The notes: generated from the sequence alone by a model not told the origin. A stretch of DNA of 64,000 nt from Octopus vulgaris (GCA_951406725.2 OX597825.1:81840001-81904000), one strand, 5' to 3'. Counted from the first letter of the stretch, positions 1 through 14,777 are shown. Numbers and translations are program-made.

Positions 1-77
1 ACTTCACATGTTTAACCTATATTCCTGGAAGTGTTTACTGTCCACAGATCTGGGACAGTGCAGCAGCTGCTGTACAA

Positions 78-113
<36 letters not shown>

Positions 114-1081
114 TCATTCATTCATTCTAATTTAGATCACGTATAAAATATAAAAGAAATGTCATTCGAATGCCTGGTAAACTTTCACTCCCCCATCGCA
201 TCACCATCTCACTAGTCAACCCATAAATGGACTGTTTTCCTTTCTCTGCCTCAGCTACCATTGCCACAAAAGATCCTGCTACCACTGAGCAATAAATTAC
301 AAAAACCACCCTTGCTCAAATCCACTCAAAAGACCAGCTCTGAAATTACTCAGCTCTTCTTTTCCCTGTCTCCTCCAACACTACAACAGTTCCTGAGTAG
401 CAACCCCAGGAAAAAAAACTATGCTTGCCCATATCCACTCAGTACAGACAACAAAACAAGTGTGTGTTGTCAGTTGTGAAGGAATACGGCAGCCTAGTGG
501 TTACACTGTTGCCCTCCCATTTACAGGATTGTGGTTTCAATTCTCGGACTAGGCTGTGTGGTGTTTCCTTGAACAAAATTCTTCATTTCATGCTGTTCCA
601 GTCCACTCAGCTGTAAAAATGAGGAACCTTATTTGTGTCCCCTTCAAGGAAAACATGATCTCGGTCATTTGTACATTATGGGAACTGAGTATCAGGCACT
701 ATGAGCCCCAGTAACTGAGACAGTCAATGTCCAGTTGAGTCAGTACCTCTTGGACTTCTCCGGATCCACTTACTAAATATATTGGCATCAAATTTTGGCA
801 CAAGGCCAGAAACTTTAAGGAAGGGCTAAAACCGATTATATCAACCCCAGTACATAACTGGTACTTATTTTATGGACCTCCAAAAAGATGAAAGGCAAAG
901 TCGACCCCGGTAGAATTTGAACTCAGAATGTATAGACAAATGGAATGCCACTACGCATTTAGCCTGGCATGCTCACGATTCTGCTGGTTTGTTGCCCTTC
1001 ACTTACTAAATATATTGGAATGGCCCAGCTGGAACAATATAAACAAAACGACCAAGCAAGGAAAGACCTTTGCAAGACTCT

Positions 1082-1240
1082 CAGCTCATTTGCATATATC
1101 TTCACAACATACCCAGCTCATTTGCATATATCTACCCAACACACTCAGCTCATTTGCATATATCTACCCAACACACTCAACTCATTTGCATATATCTACC
1201 CAACACACTCAGCTCATTTGTATATATTTTTACAACACAT
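1082..1240. repeat. 32-bp minisatellite, about 5 copies
   Basis: Unit cagctcatttgcatatatctacccaacacact. Confidence 0.9.
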
Positions 1241-1479
1241 GAAAATACATGTTCTACCATAATCAGAATACTGGAATCACCAAAGTTTCAGTAGGAATTA
1301 TTCAGGAAAAAGTAGGCATTAGGATCAAAATTAGTTTACGGGACCCAGAGTGATTTCTGTTTTGAGACATTTTGGGGGAGAAAAAAGTGCTTCAAATATG
1401 TCACCAAATACAGTAGTCCCTTAACATTATAAGCTATTCTTTAAAATGAACCTTTATTCATATTGTGTTACTTCTGTAG

Positions 1480-1770
1480 TAAACCCTAATTTTCATAGCT
1501 GTTCCCTTAGATCTTAATTCATATTATTCGGTAAACCTTGAATAAAACTAAATTCACATAGCTATTCCCTTAAACAGAAGAATTTCCCTTTATATGGTAC
1601 TTCCATAAATAAACCTTAATTCACATTGCAAATCCCTTAAATAAACCTTAATGAACATTATAAGTCCCTTAGATAAACATTAACCCACATTGCAAATTCC
1701 CTTTAAAAAATCCTTAAAGCACATTGCAAGTCCTTTAAATAATAAATAAGCCTTAATTCACATTACACAA
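1480..1770. repeat. Degenerate ~32-bp tandem repeat
   Basis: Recurrent aaaccttaattcacattgcaa..cccttaaat. Confidence 0.6.
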
Positions 1771-2049
1771 GGGGTCAATAAAGTCACATGACTTTTACAA
1801 CTCCAGCCTGAACTAAGTGGAAAACAAACTCGTTAAAGGTGAAACGAGATATTCGTCAATTAGTTAACAAAGTTTGTTATTTGCAAGTAAAACTATATTT
1901 GTAAATTTTGGATTGGTTAATATTTTTAGAATGTGATGTAATAAGGCACAGTCTTTCATCAGGGCCGTTGGTGTGTACAAGAAGTTTATTTTGGTCTTTT
2001 CCACTTTGTTATGTCTCACACATGAACAAGCACACACATGTTGAAACAC

Positions 2050-2402
2050 TGTGTGTGAGTGTGTGTGTGAGAGTGTGTGTGAAGGTGTGTGTGTGTGTGA
2101 AGGTATGTGAGTGAGTGTGTGTGGGGTGTGAGTGAGAGTGTGTGTGTTTGAGTGTGTGTGTGTGTGTGCATATGTGTGTGTGTGTGTGTGTGTGTGCATA
2201 TGCGTGTGTGTGTGTGTGCATATGCGTGTGTGTGTGAGTGAGTGTGTGTGCATGCGTGTTTGAGTATGTGTGAGTGTGTGTGTGCATGTGTGTTTGAGTG
2301 TGTGTGTGTGAGTGAGTGTGTGTTTGAGAGTGTGTGAGTGTGTGTGTTTGAGCGTGTGTGTGAAGGTATGTGAGTGAGTGTGAGTGTGTGTGTGTGTGTG
2401 TG
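2050..2402. repeat. Compound (TG)n microsatellite
   Basis: Direct reading. Confidence 0.95.
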
Positions 2403-4377
2403 CATATATTTGGGTGTGTTTGTTTTTGTTTGTGTCTGGCATACTTCTGCTGTTACTGTACTCTAACAGTACAAGTTTCTCCCATTTTCTCCCATTTTAC
2501 AACAAACCTCAAGATTAACCCTTTTCTTACCATATTTCAACTGGAATAGATTGACCTTTATTTCAATTAATTTTGAAAACAAAGAACTTACTAAAATAAG
2601 TTTGTTGTTACTAATCTGGTGTTTGGAATATAAAATTAACAGGAAATTTTAATTGATGGTTTTAATTTAGCTCACTTTTAACCCTTAAGCTACTTTTGTT
2701 CCAACGAAGAATTATTAAAATCGTCATTGATTAACCTCTGCTTTCCCTGCTGGCATGGGTTAGACAGTTCGACATGGCATTTGCTAGCAGGGAGCTGTCC
2801 AGATTTCAGGTGTCTGTTGTGGCATGGTTTCCATTACTGGATGTCCTTCCTATAATGCCAACCACTTAGCAGAGTGTGCTGGGTGTTTTTACGGGTCACC
2901 TGTACAGGTGTGTTTATGCAGCACTGACACAGGTGTTTATTATGTGACACCGGCATCTGAAAGGACAAGCCTGCACGTGTGGGAGACAATGGTTTTATTT
3001 AGTTTCACATGTCTTATCAAGTACAGCAAATCACCACATCTCCTGGTCCCTTGTCATTTCCTCGGTGAGGCCCTACATCTGAAGACTCTCACCACTTTGT
3101 CCCACGTCTACCTGGATTTACACCTTTCCACAGGTCTTCTCCACAAGTAGAGCTCAGCTTTGTCATAATTAACCTGGTGTTAGGACATGAAATTAACATG
3201 AAATTTTGTTTGAAGGCTTTAGGCGAGATCATTCTAAAACTGAGAATTTTTTGTCATAGAAGTAAGGGCTGTCTCAAGCAGGCTGGAATTAAAAGGGTTA
3301 ATTAGAAGAAAAAGGTTGGGCTCACTGGAAGTGTTTTGGATAAAAATCAGAGCATAAAGGGCACCTGTGCCAGTGACACATAAAGGGCACCCATGCTGGT
3401 GACACATAAAAGGCATTTAGTACATTCAGTGGAGTGGCTGGCACTAAGAAGGGCATCCAGCTGTAGAAACCAGGCCAAAAAAGTCAAGTGGGGCCAGGTG
3501 TAGCTCCAGACAGATCCTCTTGCCTAGGCTAGCATGGAAAATGGATGTTAAATCATGACAATGATACCATTATTTGCCTTTCTGCCTGTTATGTGAAAAA
3601 AAAATCTTTCGCTAATAATGCAAAGATGCTAGCAAAGATGAAAAACCATTCTGCAAGGATTCCCTCCAATAAAAAAAAAAAAACAAACATCTTAATTTTG
3701 TTAATGAAAAAGAAGATTATAAAACAGTCCAATTTAATGTTTCTTTTATATTTCACAAATTTATTTGTTTTTGAAAATTGCATGCATGTGTGTGTCTGTG
3801 TGAATTGTGTTTGTTCATGCATGTGTACTATGTACATACATCCATGAGTATGTGCCAGTGGCATGTAAAAAGCGCCTACTACACTCACGGAGTGGTTGGC
3901 GTTAGGAAGGGCATCCAGCTGTAGAAACTCTGCCAGATCAAACTGGGCCTGGTGCAGCCTCCTAGCTTCCCAGACCCCAGTTGAACCATCCAACCCATTG
4001 TAGCACGGAAAACGGACGTTAAACGATACTGATGATGATGTGTGTGTGTGTGTGTGTGTGTGAGAATGTGGGCCAGAGTAACCAACAATATTTCTAATAC
4101 AATCATACCCAAAACAATATCCACATGAAGATGTATCCCATATTAAGTTACATTTAAACACCAGCATAGAACAAACTTGAGTTCTACTTAAGCGTTGCTC
4201 GCCAACACAACAGACCCCACCCCCACCCTCTGCCACCAGCCCCACTCTCTGTAAAATACCAAAATAAACTTTCCTTCTTTACCAGCAGTTGTGACAAAAG
4301 TTTCTGCTCCATTGCGTCATACTTGAACAATAATAACAAGCATTCCAAAATCAATTCCAACACTTATTCTTGTTATA

Positions 4378-4764
4378 TATTTCTTTATTGCCCACTAGGG
4401 GCTAAACATAGAGGGGACAAACGGATCAAGTCGATTACATCGACCCAAGTGCGAAACTGGTACTTTATGTATCAACTTCGAAAGGATGAAAGGCAAAGTC
4501 GACCTCGGTGGAATTTGAACTCAGAATACCTATTTCTTTACTACCCACAAGGGGCTAAACACAGAGAGGACAAACAAGGACAGACAAACGGATTAAGTCG
4601 ATTACATCAACCCCAGTGCGAAACTGGTACTTTATTTATCGACCCCGAAAGGATGAAAGGCAAAGTCGACCTCGGTGGAATTTGAACTCACAATGTAACA
4701 CAGACGAAATACCTCTAAGCATTTCACCCGCATGCTAACAATTCTGCCAGCTCGCCACCTCATT
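4378..4764 (-). mobile_element. Internally duplicated tRNA-derived SINE with 15-bp TSD
   Basis: Head ggtggcgagctggcagaa, core gcctttcatcctttcggggtcgat; TSD cttattcttgttata at 4363-4377 and 4765-4779. Confidence 0.8.
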
Positions 4765-4942
4765 CTTATTCTTGTTATAAAAACAAACTTCCCTAATTAT
4801 TTTACAAATGCAGGGCTTCCCTTTCGAATCTCTTCTCCACTTAATTTGGTTGGGGTTTTAAAAACTGCTCAAACTTAGAAAAGGGCTCTATGTTAATTCC
4901 TTAATAAACTTAAGGAGAATAATAATCTAGGTATTTCCTTAA

Positions 4943-5164
4943 CCCTTTCGTTACCGTATTTATTTTGAGATGCTTTGTGTTTCAGTCAATTAATTTTAAA
5001 TATAACAAAGAATTTAGTAAAAGAACTTAGTTACCATTAAGCTAGTGTTGGGAACATAAATTGTGACTAAGGTTTGGTGGAAGATTTTGACTCAATACTT
5101 ATGAAAACAAGACATTTGTACTACAGAGCCAGAGGTGGTTTTGGCCGGGTTAGTATCAAAAGGG
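4943..5164. mobile_element. piggyBac-type MITE
   Basis: TTAA|CCCTTT...AAAGGG|TTAA; related copies at about 60614-60836 and partial ones elsewhere. Confidence 0.7.
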
Positions 5165-5170
5165 TTAAAG

Positions 5171-5635
5171 AGGCGCAGGAGTTGCAGTGTGGTAAGAAGC
5201 TTGCTTCCCAACCACATGGTTCTAGGTTCAGTCCCACTACGTGGCACCTTGGGCAAGTGCCTTCAGCTACAGCCTCGGGCCCAACCAAAGCCTTGTAAGT
5301 GGATTTGGTAGATGGAAACTGAAAGAAGCCCATCATATATATATATATTAATGATAATGATATGACAACAAAAGGATGAATGAGACCTCGGTATTATGTA
5401 AAATACAGGAATTTATCTATAAATATATATGTGTATGTATGTGTATATTTGTGTGTGTTTGTCCCCCCACCGTCGCTTGACAACTGATGTTGGCGTGTTT
5501 ATGTCCCCATAACTTAGTGTTTCAGCAAAAGAGACTGATAGAATAAGTACTAGGCTCACAACGAATAAGTCCTGGGGTCGATTTGTTCAACTAAAGGTAG
5601 TGCTCCAGCATGGCCGCTGAAACGTGTAAAAGAGT
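5171..5635 (+). mobile_element. tRNA-derived SINE with CORE-like accttgggcaagtg segment
   Basis: Family recurs at about 26480, 33350, 57425 (minus), 62957 and 63778. Confidence 0.75.
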
Positions 5636-6490
5636 CAACCTAAATGCCTATTACATTATTTCTTTAATAAACTTTATTTACAGTATCATGTTATCAAGCA
5701 GCCCATTGAATGCTGTTATACATCACTGGTCACAGTGCACTTTGCATCGTTTGAACAGAAAGCCAGTCTGACTCAGGGTGATCCATTTACAGCTGAGTGG
5801 ACTGAAGCAATGTGAAAGGAAGTGTTTTCTTCAAGAACACAACATGCTGCCCAGTCTGCGAATCGAACCCACGATCTACCAATCGTGAGTGCAACACCCC
5901 TAACCACTAGGCCAGACACCTTCACCATAAACTTTGTTAAGGAATAACAATAGTTTCAATTTTTGGCACAAGGCCAGCAATTTCGATGGAGTGGGAAGGG
6001 GGCTTGTCGATTACACTGACCCCAGTGTTCAACTGGTACTTATTTTATTGACCCCATAAGGACAAAAGGCAAAGTTGGCCTTGGCAGAATTTGAACTCAG
6101 CACCTAAAGACAGATGAAATGCTGCTAAGAATTTTATGCTAACGATTCTGCCACTTTCTTTAGGAGTAAAATTACATGTTATTCTTTTAGGTGAGATACC
6201 AGAGAAGAATAATGGAACCTATAGCGTACCAAAATGTACCAAAGATCCACAAAACACGAAGAAAGGAACCATTGAGCCGTGCTGATGTCATCGCAATGGT
6301 TTAATGACAAAACCGTTCCATTTAACAATACCAGCTTGGATAAAGTTGTCAGTGCTTCTACAATGAACTAAAACTAAATTGGATCTGTTGTTAATTACAG
6401 TGTAAACAAGTGCACAAGACACACGACAAAAGAAGTTCCGACACAGCTGAAAGAACTTAGAATAAACGGCACTGGAAAATGGTTCTTTAC

Positions 6491-6607
6491 CTGGTGTATA
6501 ATGGTATCCTGTGGGCTCCTGGCATAATTTACACGCCAATTAAAAACAGCCTTTTTTCTCACCCTTGCTGTAGGTGGTACCCGTCGCTGGACGTCCTCCG
6601 AGGCCAT
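6491..6607 (-). CDS. Putative first coding exon of an unidentified minus-strand gene
   Basis: gacATGG start, MASEDVQRRVPPTARVRKKAVFNWRVNYARSPQDTIIHQ, then CAG|gtaaag donor in unique sequence; protein not recognised. Confidence 0.4.
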
Positions 6608-8204
6608 GTCTATACTTTACAAAACTAATAAATGCTTCTGAGGAGCAACTGACAAAGTAGCCTCCTGCTTGCCGACCTCGTTATTAACAGCAACAGAACA
6701 TAAAAGGATATCCTGATTACAATCACTAACAGTCTTTTAGATTTAATACCAAAACAATGGTAGCAAGTAAAACATTTTATTTAAATATCCAAGCCCACTA
6801 TTCTATTTTCAAGTAGTCAGACATGACTCTTCAAGTATAAATATTTCAAGTATAAATATTTCTTTGTCAAATTTTTCCTCTTTTTTTTTCCCCTACTAAA
6901 TTTGCATATTTTTATATCCACTTCCGTGTAGCTATTTCATAAGTGATTTGATGTCGTTAACAACTGCCTGTCCATCGTTCATCTTATTGTACTTATCGTT
7001 AGTTCAACTTGTACATTTCCTATAGCTAACGATTATTTGCAGGAACTCGGTCCACCTTCACTCAATATCAGATTTTAGGCATTTGGTCCAGTCTGTATCT
7101 ACTAAATACCCTTTTTTTTTTCTGGTGTACCTTCAACCCTTATATTGTCAAATTCTTTTGCAAAGAGTTCAGAAGACACAGCAATGAAGTTGCGTTCTGC
7201 TGCCAGGAGTTTTAAAGAAATTAGATCTCAGTCCTTTGAATGTTGTAGATGGTACCTCACAAAAACTGCATTCATTTGTTTAACCCATTTGTTACCATAT
7301 ACCAGTACTGGTGGCACGTAAAAAGCACCATTCAAGCATGGTCGATGCCAGTGCTGCCTGACTGGCCCCTGTGCCGGTGGCACGTAAAAAGCACCATTCG
7401 AGTGTGGGCAATGCGCAGTGCCATCTGACTGGCCCATGCCGGTGGCACGTAAAAAGCACCTGTTACACTCTCGGAGTGATTGGCATTAGGAAGAGCATCC
7501 AGCTGTAGAAACTTTGCCAAATCAGATTGGAGCTTGGTGCAGCCTTCTGGCTCGCCAATCCTTAGTCAAACTGTCCAACCCATGCTAGCATGGAAAGCAG
7601 ACATTAAACGATGATGATGATGACGATTTCTATTGAAATCTATTACCTTTCGTTCAATTAATTTTGAAAATAATGAAGAATTCAATTAAGTAAAGTTTGT
7701 CATTAATCAATTTGGTGTTTGGAACATAGATTAAAATGAAATTTTGATGGATGGTTTTAATTGAGATCAAAGGAACTTCTAATCGCAAACTGTTACCAAC
7801 GTTGCCTTACTGGCACCTGTGCCGGTGGGATGTGTAAAAGATTCGAGCGAGGTCATTGCCAGTACTGCCTGACTGGCCCTCATGCCGGTGACACGTAAAA
7901 AGCACCCACTACACTCTCAGAGTGGTTGGCATTAGCAAGGGCATTCAGCTGTAGAAACTCTGCCGGATCAAGATTGGAGCCTGGTGCAGCTATCTGGTTC
8001 GCCAGTCCTCAGTCAAATCGTTCAACCCATGCTAGCATGGAAAGCAGATGTTAAACAATGATGATGATAATGATGATGAAGGCCACTTCCAAGTGAGTTA
8101 CAGAATACATAGACTGATGGAGTCAGACAATATTTAACTCTTTTGATATTACATTCCTGCAGAATTTAGTAAAATAGCTTTGTTATTATTAAGTTGGTCT
8201 CAAG

Positions 8205-8825
8205 GTGGCGTGCTGGCAGAGTCGTTAGCACACCGGGTGAAATGTCTAGCGATGTTTCGTCTGTTTTTATGTTCTGAGTTCAAATTCTAATGGGGTTGAC
8301 TTTGTCTTACATCATTTCGGGGTAGATAAATTAAGTACCAGTTGCATACTGGGGTCGATCTAATTGACTGGTCCCTTCCCCCAAAATTTCAGGCCTCGCG
8401 CCTAGAGTAGAAAAGAATGTGTCAAAGGTGGCGACTTGGCAGAGTTGTTAGCACGCTGGGCAAAATGCTTAACGGTATTTCGTCTGCCGTTACGTTCTGA
8501 GTTCAAATTCCGCCAAGGTCAGCTTTGCCTTTCATCCTTTCGGGGTTAATTAAATAAGTACCAGTTACGCATTGGGGTCAATATAATCAACTTAATCCGT
8601 TTGTCTGTCATGTTTGTCCCCTCTGTGTTTAGCCCCTTGTGGGTAGTAAAGAAATAGGTATTTCGTCTATTTTTACGTTCTGAGTTCAAATTTGGCTGGG
8701 GTCGACTTTGCCTTTCATCCTTTCGGGGTCGATACATTAAGTACCAGTTGCGTACTGGGGTCAATCTAATCAACTGGCCTCCTCCCCAAAAATTTCAGGC
8801 CTTGCGCCTAGAGTAGAAAAGAATA
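8205..8825 (+). mobile_element. Tandem SINE cluster
   Basis: Head-to-tail copies of the ggcgagctggcagaa family ending cctagagtagaaaagaat. Confidence 0.75.
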
Positions 8826-9331
8826 ATGTTACAGTTGAACATCAGGTTTCAGCAAGGCAGAGCACTCAGCCATTTATTTTTTTACAGGTTTCAATCATTG
8901 GACCGTGGCCATGCTGGGGCACTGCCATGAATGGTTGAGTCAATCCAATCATGTTACCAAACCTAGTAATTTACGGATACAGAAACTAAGACAGTTGTCA
9001 AGCAGTGACAGGCAAATGTGGGAGCACCATGCATATGTACAGAACCTGGATGGGAAGAAAACTTCTTAATCACAGGTTCCAGGTTCAGTCCTGCTGCTTG
9101 GTACCTTGGGCAAATGTCTTCTACTTGTAAGACCTAAGTCAACCAAAGCCTTGTGATTGGATCCTGGAAGAAAGAAACTGAAAGAAGCCTACCATGTGTG
9201 TGTGTGTGTGGACACAGCGATGTTCTCCAACAGTGCGTATGCACCCATACCTGGACTGACCTTAATTTTAAAAATACCATGACCCTTTATTCTTTCTAAG
9301 CTTCTGAGGCTGGGAGTTAGAAGACAGGAAG

Positions 9332-9742
9332 GGATCTTTTCGGTTTGAACGGCAGTTTTTTCTAGCGGTGTCATATGAAATTGTCACCCATAATTATGAC
9401 CATAGTATCGATCTATTGCATTTCAATCTATTTTAGGGTTAGGGGTGGGGGGAAGGGTATCTTTTTTTCTTCACAAATGTAAATAAACCCAATCTGTTTC
9501 TTAAACGAGGGACATATTCATACGGCACAGAATGTTGTTTACCTCAATGGACGTCAGTGATTGGTTGAAATTGCAGAAATTGAAGAAAAAAAAAGACAAA
9601 TATCTAACAAACTATAGAATTTTCTAAATACAGCCAAGAGAAAAAGATGTTTTATAAACACATTCTACCAGTATACGAAGTTTAAAATGTTTTAGTTACC
9701 TAGAAATTATGCTAAAAACTGCCGTTCAAACCGAAAAGATCT
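9332..9742. mobile_element. MITE with 28-bp TIRs and 8-bp TSD
   Basis: TIR gatcttttcggtttgaacggcagttttt at both ends; TSD ACAGGAAG at 9324-9331 and 9743-9750. Confidence 0.85.
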
Positions 9743-10247
9743 ACAGGAAGTCTTCCAAACATCCAAAACTTTAGAGGGATAAATTTTGGATATTTGGAAG
9801 GCACCCAAGGACCGGGAGGAGGTGGATCAAATTTTCCACCCTAGGATAATAACGGCTAATATCCCCAATAGGATATAATGCTGTTACAAATTTAAATAAA
9901 ATCGAATATAACGAAATATGTCTGTGTTAAACTGCTATCAACGTCTTTTCACGATGCAAAGGGTTCAGTTTGAACGTACCATCTCGGATTAAGTCCGTCA
10001 AAAGGACGTACAACCCCAATAGCCACAGGCACAAACACACCACAATCACACGTGTGTGTGTGTGTGTGTGTTATCTAATATACGTGGTTTCGTAAGGTAC
10101 TATGGTTGTGAGATTGACAATAAAACCAAATTAAACAGATCGCCTATATACACGGACACACACACATATATATATATAAAAAATATCGTTTTTAGAAATA
10201 CATAAATCCGGAGGAGAAGCATAGGGGTTTATATTACGGCCGATTTA

Positions 10248-10310
10248 TGGGGTTACCCTGGGTTTCTCGCTCATAAGGGGTTTAGCCTTATGACATATCT
10301 TCAGACCCCA
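10248..10310 (-). ncRNA. Type I hammerhead ribozyme motif (Penelope-like terminal repeat style)
   Basis: Minus strand reads TGGGGT-CTGAAGA-tatg TCATAAGG ctaaacc CCTTATGA gcga-GAAA-CCC A GGG-TA-ACCCCA: 6-bp stem I, 8-bp stem II (mismatched base), palindromic stem III, GUA site. Confidence 0.8.
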
Positions 10311-10404
10311 AACACTGCTGGCCTGAGACCTCTTTATTTATATATGCCTGTATAAAGATCACTTAGATTAAAAAGTAATGTAATAATGTTCGTTGTGTAG
10401 TGTG

Positions 10405-10468
<64 letters not shown>

Positions 10469-11187
10469 CACACACATATACAGTAATTAAAGCTGTCGAA
10501 TGTATAGGTAAACAACGACCTCAAATACAAAACAGTGAAGTCCCAAGGAATAAGGACGGGTCACAGTCACCCAATTTACAAATACATCCTCATTTCACAC
10601 AAGTGCTACTACTGAACTTAATTAAATTGAGTTAATTGCTATTTTATGATATATTTCACAAACATAAAACGTCACGCCTTAGAATTTTGTCAGACATTCA
10701 AATAAGTTCCCCGTGTATAGGTACAAATAATAATTTACAAGTCAATGAGGTTGGGTGGGGACCTTTAATTACTGAAGCCAATTAAACTGAGTTAATTGCC
10801 GTTGTAGGGTGTATTTTATAAACAATGAAACGCAATGGTTTAGAATTTTTGAAGACCTTCATAGATTCCAGGATGCTTCTAATGTGGTCCCCTTCCGTTG
10901 TGTATTGAAGGTCGTTGTTTCCGTACACACACGCCTGCCAACTTTACACATCTATGCATATATACATACATATATATATATATATATACACACACGGCTG
11001 TCTACCCGTGTCGGAAGTAGACTAATAACATTGGATATAAAAGGGAAAAAAAAAAATTTCGTGTTTCCGACGATGGCTCTTCAAATCCGCAGGAATCTTG
11101 TTCCAAGTCATTTTTTTTTGGCAGACCTCACAGACAACGAATGCTACATATGCGCACATTAATATGCAGTACTATGTGCACACACAG

Positions 11188-11242
<55 letters not shown>

Positions 11243-11266
11243 TATATATATGATAAAGTGTGTGTG

Positions 11267-11303
<37 letters not shown>

Positions 11304-11843
11304 ATGTATGTATATATGTGAGGCAGAGATAAGGTGCCTATAAGCTGTTGACATTTTCCTCTTTGTTTTGATAATTTCGTCATTAAAACACGCTCTGGCA
11401 ATTTTAATTAACTAACCCATTTCTAACGGTTTAGTTAATTAAAAATCAAACACTATATCACTCTTTTAAATCCCCCTCACAATACCAGAATCAATTTCTA
11501 TCGATATTCGATATTATTCATAAACATTACATTAAAACAAAAAGCAAAATAAATAAAAGAAAAAAAAAAACAGCTTTCAGGGAAAGGCATGATTGCCACG
11601 ACGTAAACATTTGCGTATGGATGCCTCTGCACAAACCGTGATGCAGTCCACAAAGCAATCACCACCATCATCATCATCATCATTATGATGGACATCAACA
11701 ATGACCAACCACTGAATATTACAATACATTATACTAAGCTGGTTCAAGTTATGAAATTGATTATTATAATAACGTAAACACTGCTGGTGTGTGTACTACA
11801 GAGTGTGTATATATATATACACACACACATATATATGCTGTGC

Positions 11844-11908
<65 letters not shown>

Positions 11909-13421
11909 GATCTTTCGCTTTGAGTCCCAGTGGCTGAGAAACAAAGAACAGAAACAATAGGCCTAGCCAACAAGGAATGCTATACCCGGTCATCAGAGAG
12001 GCTAGATATAGCAGCCAAATCTTCCTCAAATAATACCACCCTGCTAGTTTTGTTTCTTAAATATATATAATGATCTTCCTCAGACACGAGCAGACAGCCA
12101 TAATACACACGCATATAGATGAGTGTTTATATATATATATAAATATGTGTTTATGTGTATATGCTATTAAGGTTCTCATTTTTGTTAAATGAATAAATAA
12201 TCCAACATTCTAATATCCGAAAGTTGATGAACAAACTAAATTTGTTTCTCCATTTTCTTATTTGTTTTATAAATTTATCGTAAAAATATTTCTTTACCTT
12301 CACCCATTTAATACAATGAATGAGTTAATTGCATTGCAATTAAAAACATTTATGTATTAAGAATCTGAGTACTTTACCAACAGTATACTGGATAAATACT
12401 ATCCCTTAGTGGGTTGCACCCATAACCCCTAACTTACTTTGTATTATATATATATATATATATATAGTGTGTGTGTGTGTGTATATATATATATACACGC
12501 GCACATTGCAGTGGTTAGATGATAGCATAAAATACTGTTAACGAAACAATGATATATAAACATTGGGACACACAGAGACACGTACATGGGCATATTTAAA
12601 GAATAATTGGCAGAGCTTTTGGAATATCCGTCTTTCGAGATTCCATATTTCCTGGACATGGAAAACGACTAATTCATGTTTACAAACAAAGGAGATTATA
12701 TACGGACTTTATATACAAATATAATGCATACTAGCTTAGCACTGGATTATACGTGAAAATATACACATATCCGTATACACACACATACACACACATGTGT
12801 GTATGAGTGTAAACAAGAGGAAAAAACAAAGAAATACTTGATGCTATATAATTGAGGCGATAAATTAAGTACCAGTTACGTACTGGGGTCGATGTAATCG
12901 ACTTAATTCGTTTGTTTGTCCTTGTTTGTCCCCTCTATGTTTAGCCCCTTGTGGGTAATAAAGAAACATATATAATTGAGGCGATTTATGGTTTATTGTG
13001 AGCTGAAAACACGAGTTCAAATCCCGCTGGGGTCCGCTTTGCCTTCTAAATATAATTCTAGTCAATAATAAAGTATATCTGTAGCTCTACATCTCGTATC
13101 GAGTATTCTTTTGTCCTTGCTCGCACAATTTCCTTTGCCATAACACAGATATACAGATGCGTTTAGAACACACACACACACGTGTGTACGTACAAGTATT
13201 TCTAATTCATTGCTCTGTGTATACGTGAATAAAAAAGATCTTCCTCAGACACGAGCAGACAGCCATAATACACACACATAGATGTGTGGGTGTGTTTGTT
13301 TATGTGTTCAGTGATAGTAAAAACATTGTTACATTAAGATGACGCCTGACTCTATACTTCTAAAAAGTATAAATTTTTCTTCAAGAATAATATATATAGA
13401 TAGATAGAGTCTGTGCTTTAT

Positions 13422-13477
<56 letters not shown>

Positions 13478-13494
13478 GTAGGTAGAGTCTGTGC

Positions 13495-13539
<45 letters not shown>

Positions 13540-14399
13540 TAGATAGATAGATAGATAGATATATATATACATACATATATATGGCGATCTTTCGCTTTGA
13601 GTCCCAATGGCTGAGAAACAAAGAACAGAAACAATAGGTGTAGCCAACAAGCAACAAAGAATGCTATACCCGGTCATCAGAGAGGCTAGACATAGCAGCC
13701 AAATCCTCCTCAAATAATACCACCCTGCTAGATTTGTTTTTGTTTTGTTTCTTAAACCGAAAGGAAATTTCAGATAAAGTAGTCCCCTACCTTCAAGGAA
13801 GGTAATATTCATTAACGTAATTATTTAATTAGGCTATAATTAAGTGAAAAAAAAAAACAGGGTGGCCACGGTCGTAAATAACGCTTGATCATAGCTGGGT
13901 GTTCCTGATCGGAGACTGACCTGTGGCTAAACAACAGCCACAAACCAAGTTGTAAATAATTAACATGAAGTGACTAATTAATGAAATTAAGCAAAGAAAT
14001 ACACAAGCAAGCGTCGAATGACTGCCCCCACATCCATGTAGGACCTGTGCGGAAGGAATCCATGAATATAATACATACGACAAATGGATATAAGTATACT
14101 AAATGTGCAAAAGAAGGAGGCGAGGAAGCGAAGTACTTACCAAACCCACAGACAGTCATTGCCGATATTGTACGAAACGAAAAGAGATAGCTTTGCTTCT
14201 GGTTGCTGTTGTTGTTGTTGTTGTGTCTATTTTTGTTTGTTTGTTTGTTTTAGTTTGTTTTGATAATGAAGGAAAAATATATATTATATTATACGACGTT
14301 TAGTTTCGTATTTATTCTATTTATTTATTTTTTTTGTTGGTTGAGAGCTTGTTTGTTTGTTTATATTATTTTAAATAGATTCATTATCAAGGCAACGTT

Positions 14400-14777
<378 letters not shown>

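Noticed and set aside
1082-1240. Regular 32-bp repeats as a CRISPR array
   Set aside because: No unique spacers, no cas genes, eukaryotic context.
6491-6539. CKLCQEPTGYHY resembling a nuclear-receptor zinc finger
   Set aside because: Spacing is one residue short, an in-frame stop precedes it with no acceptor, and the second cysteine pair is absent.
9433-9445. Telomere-like TTAGGG units
   Set aside because: Only two units, internal to a MITE.
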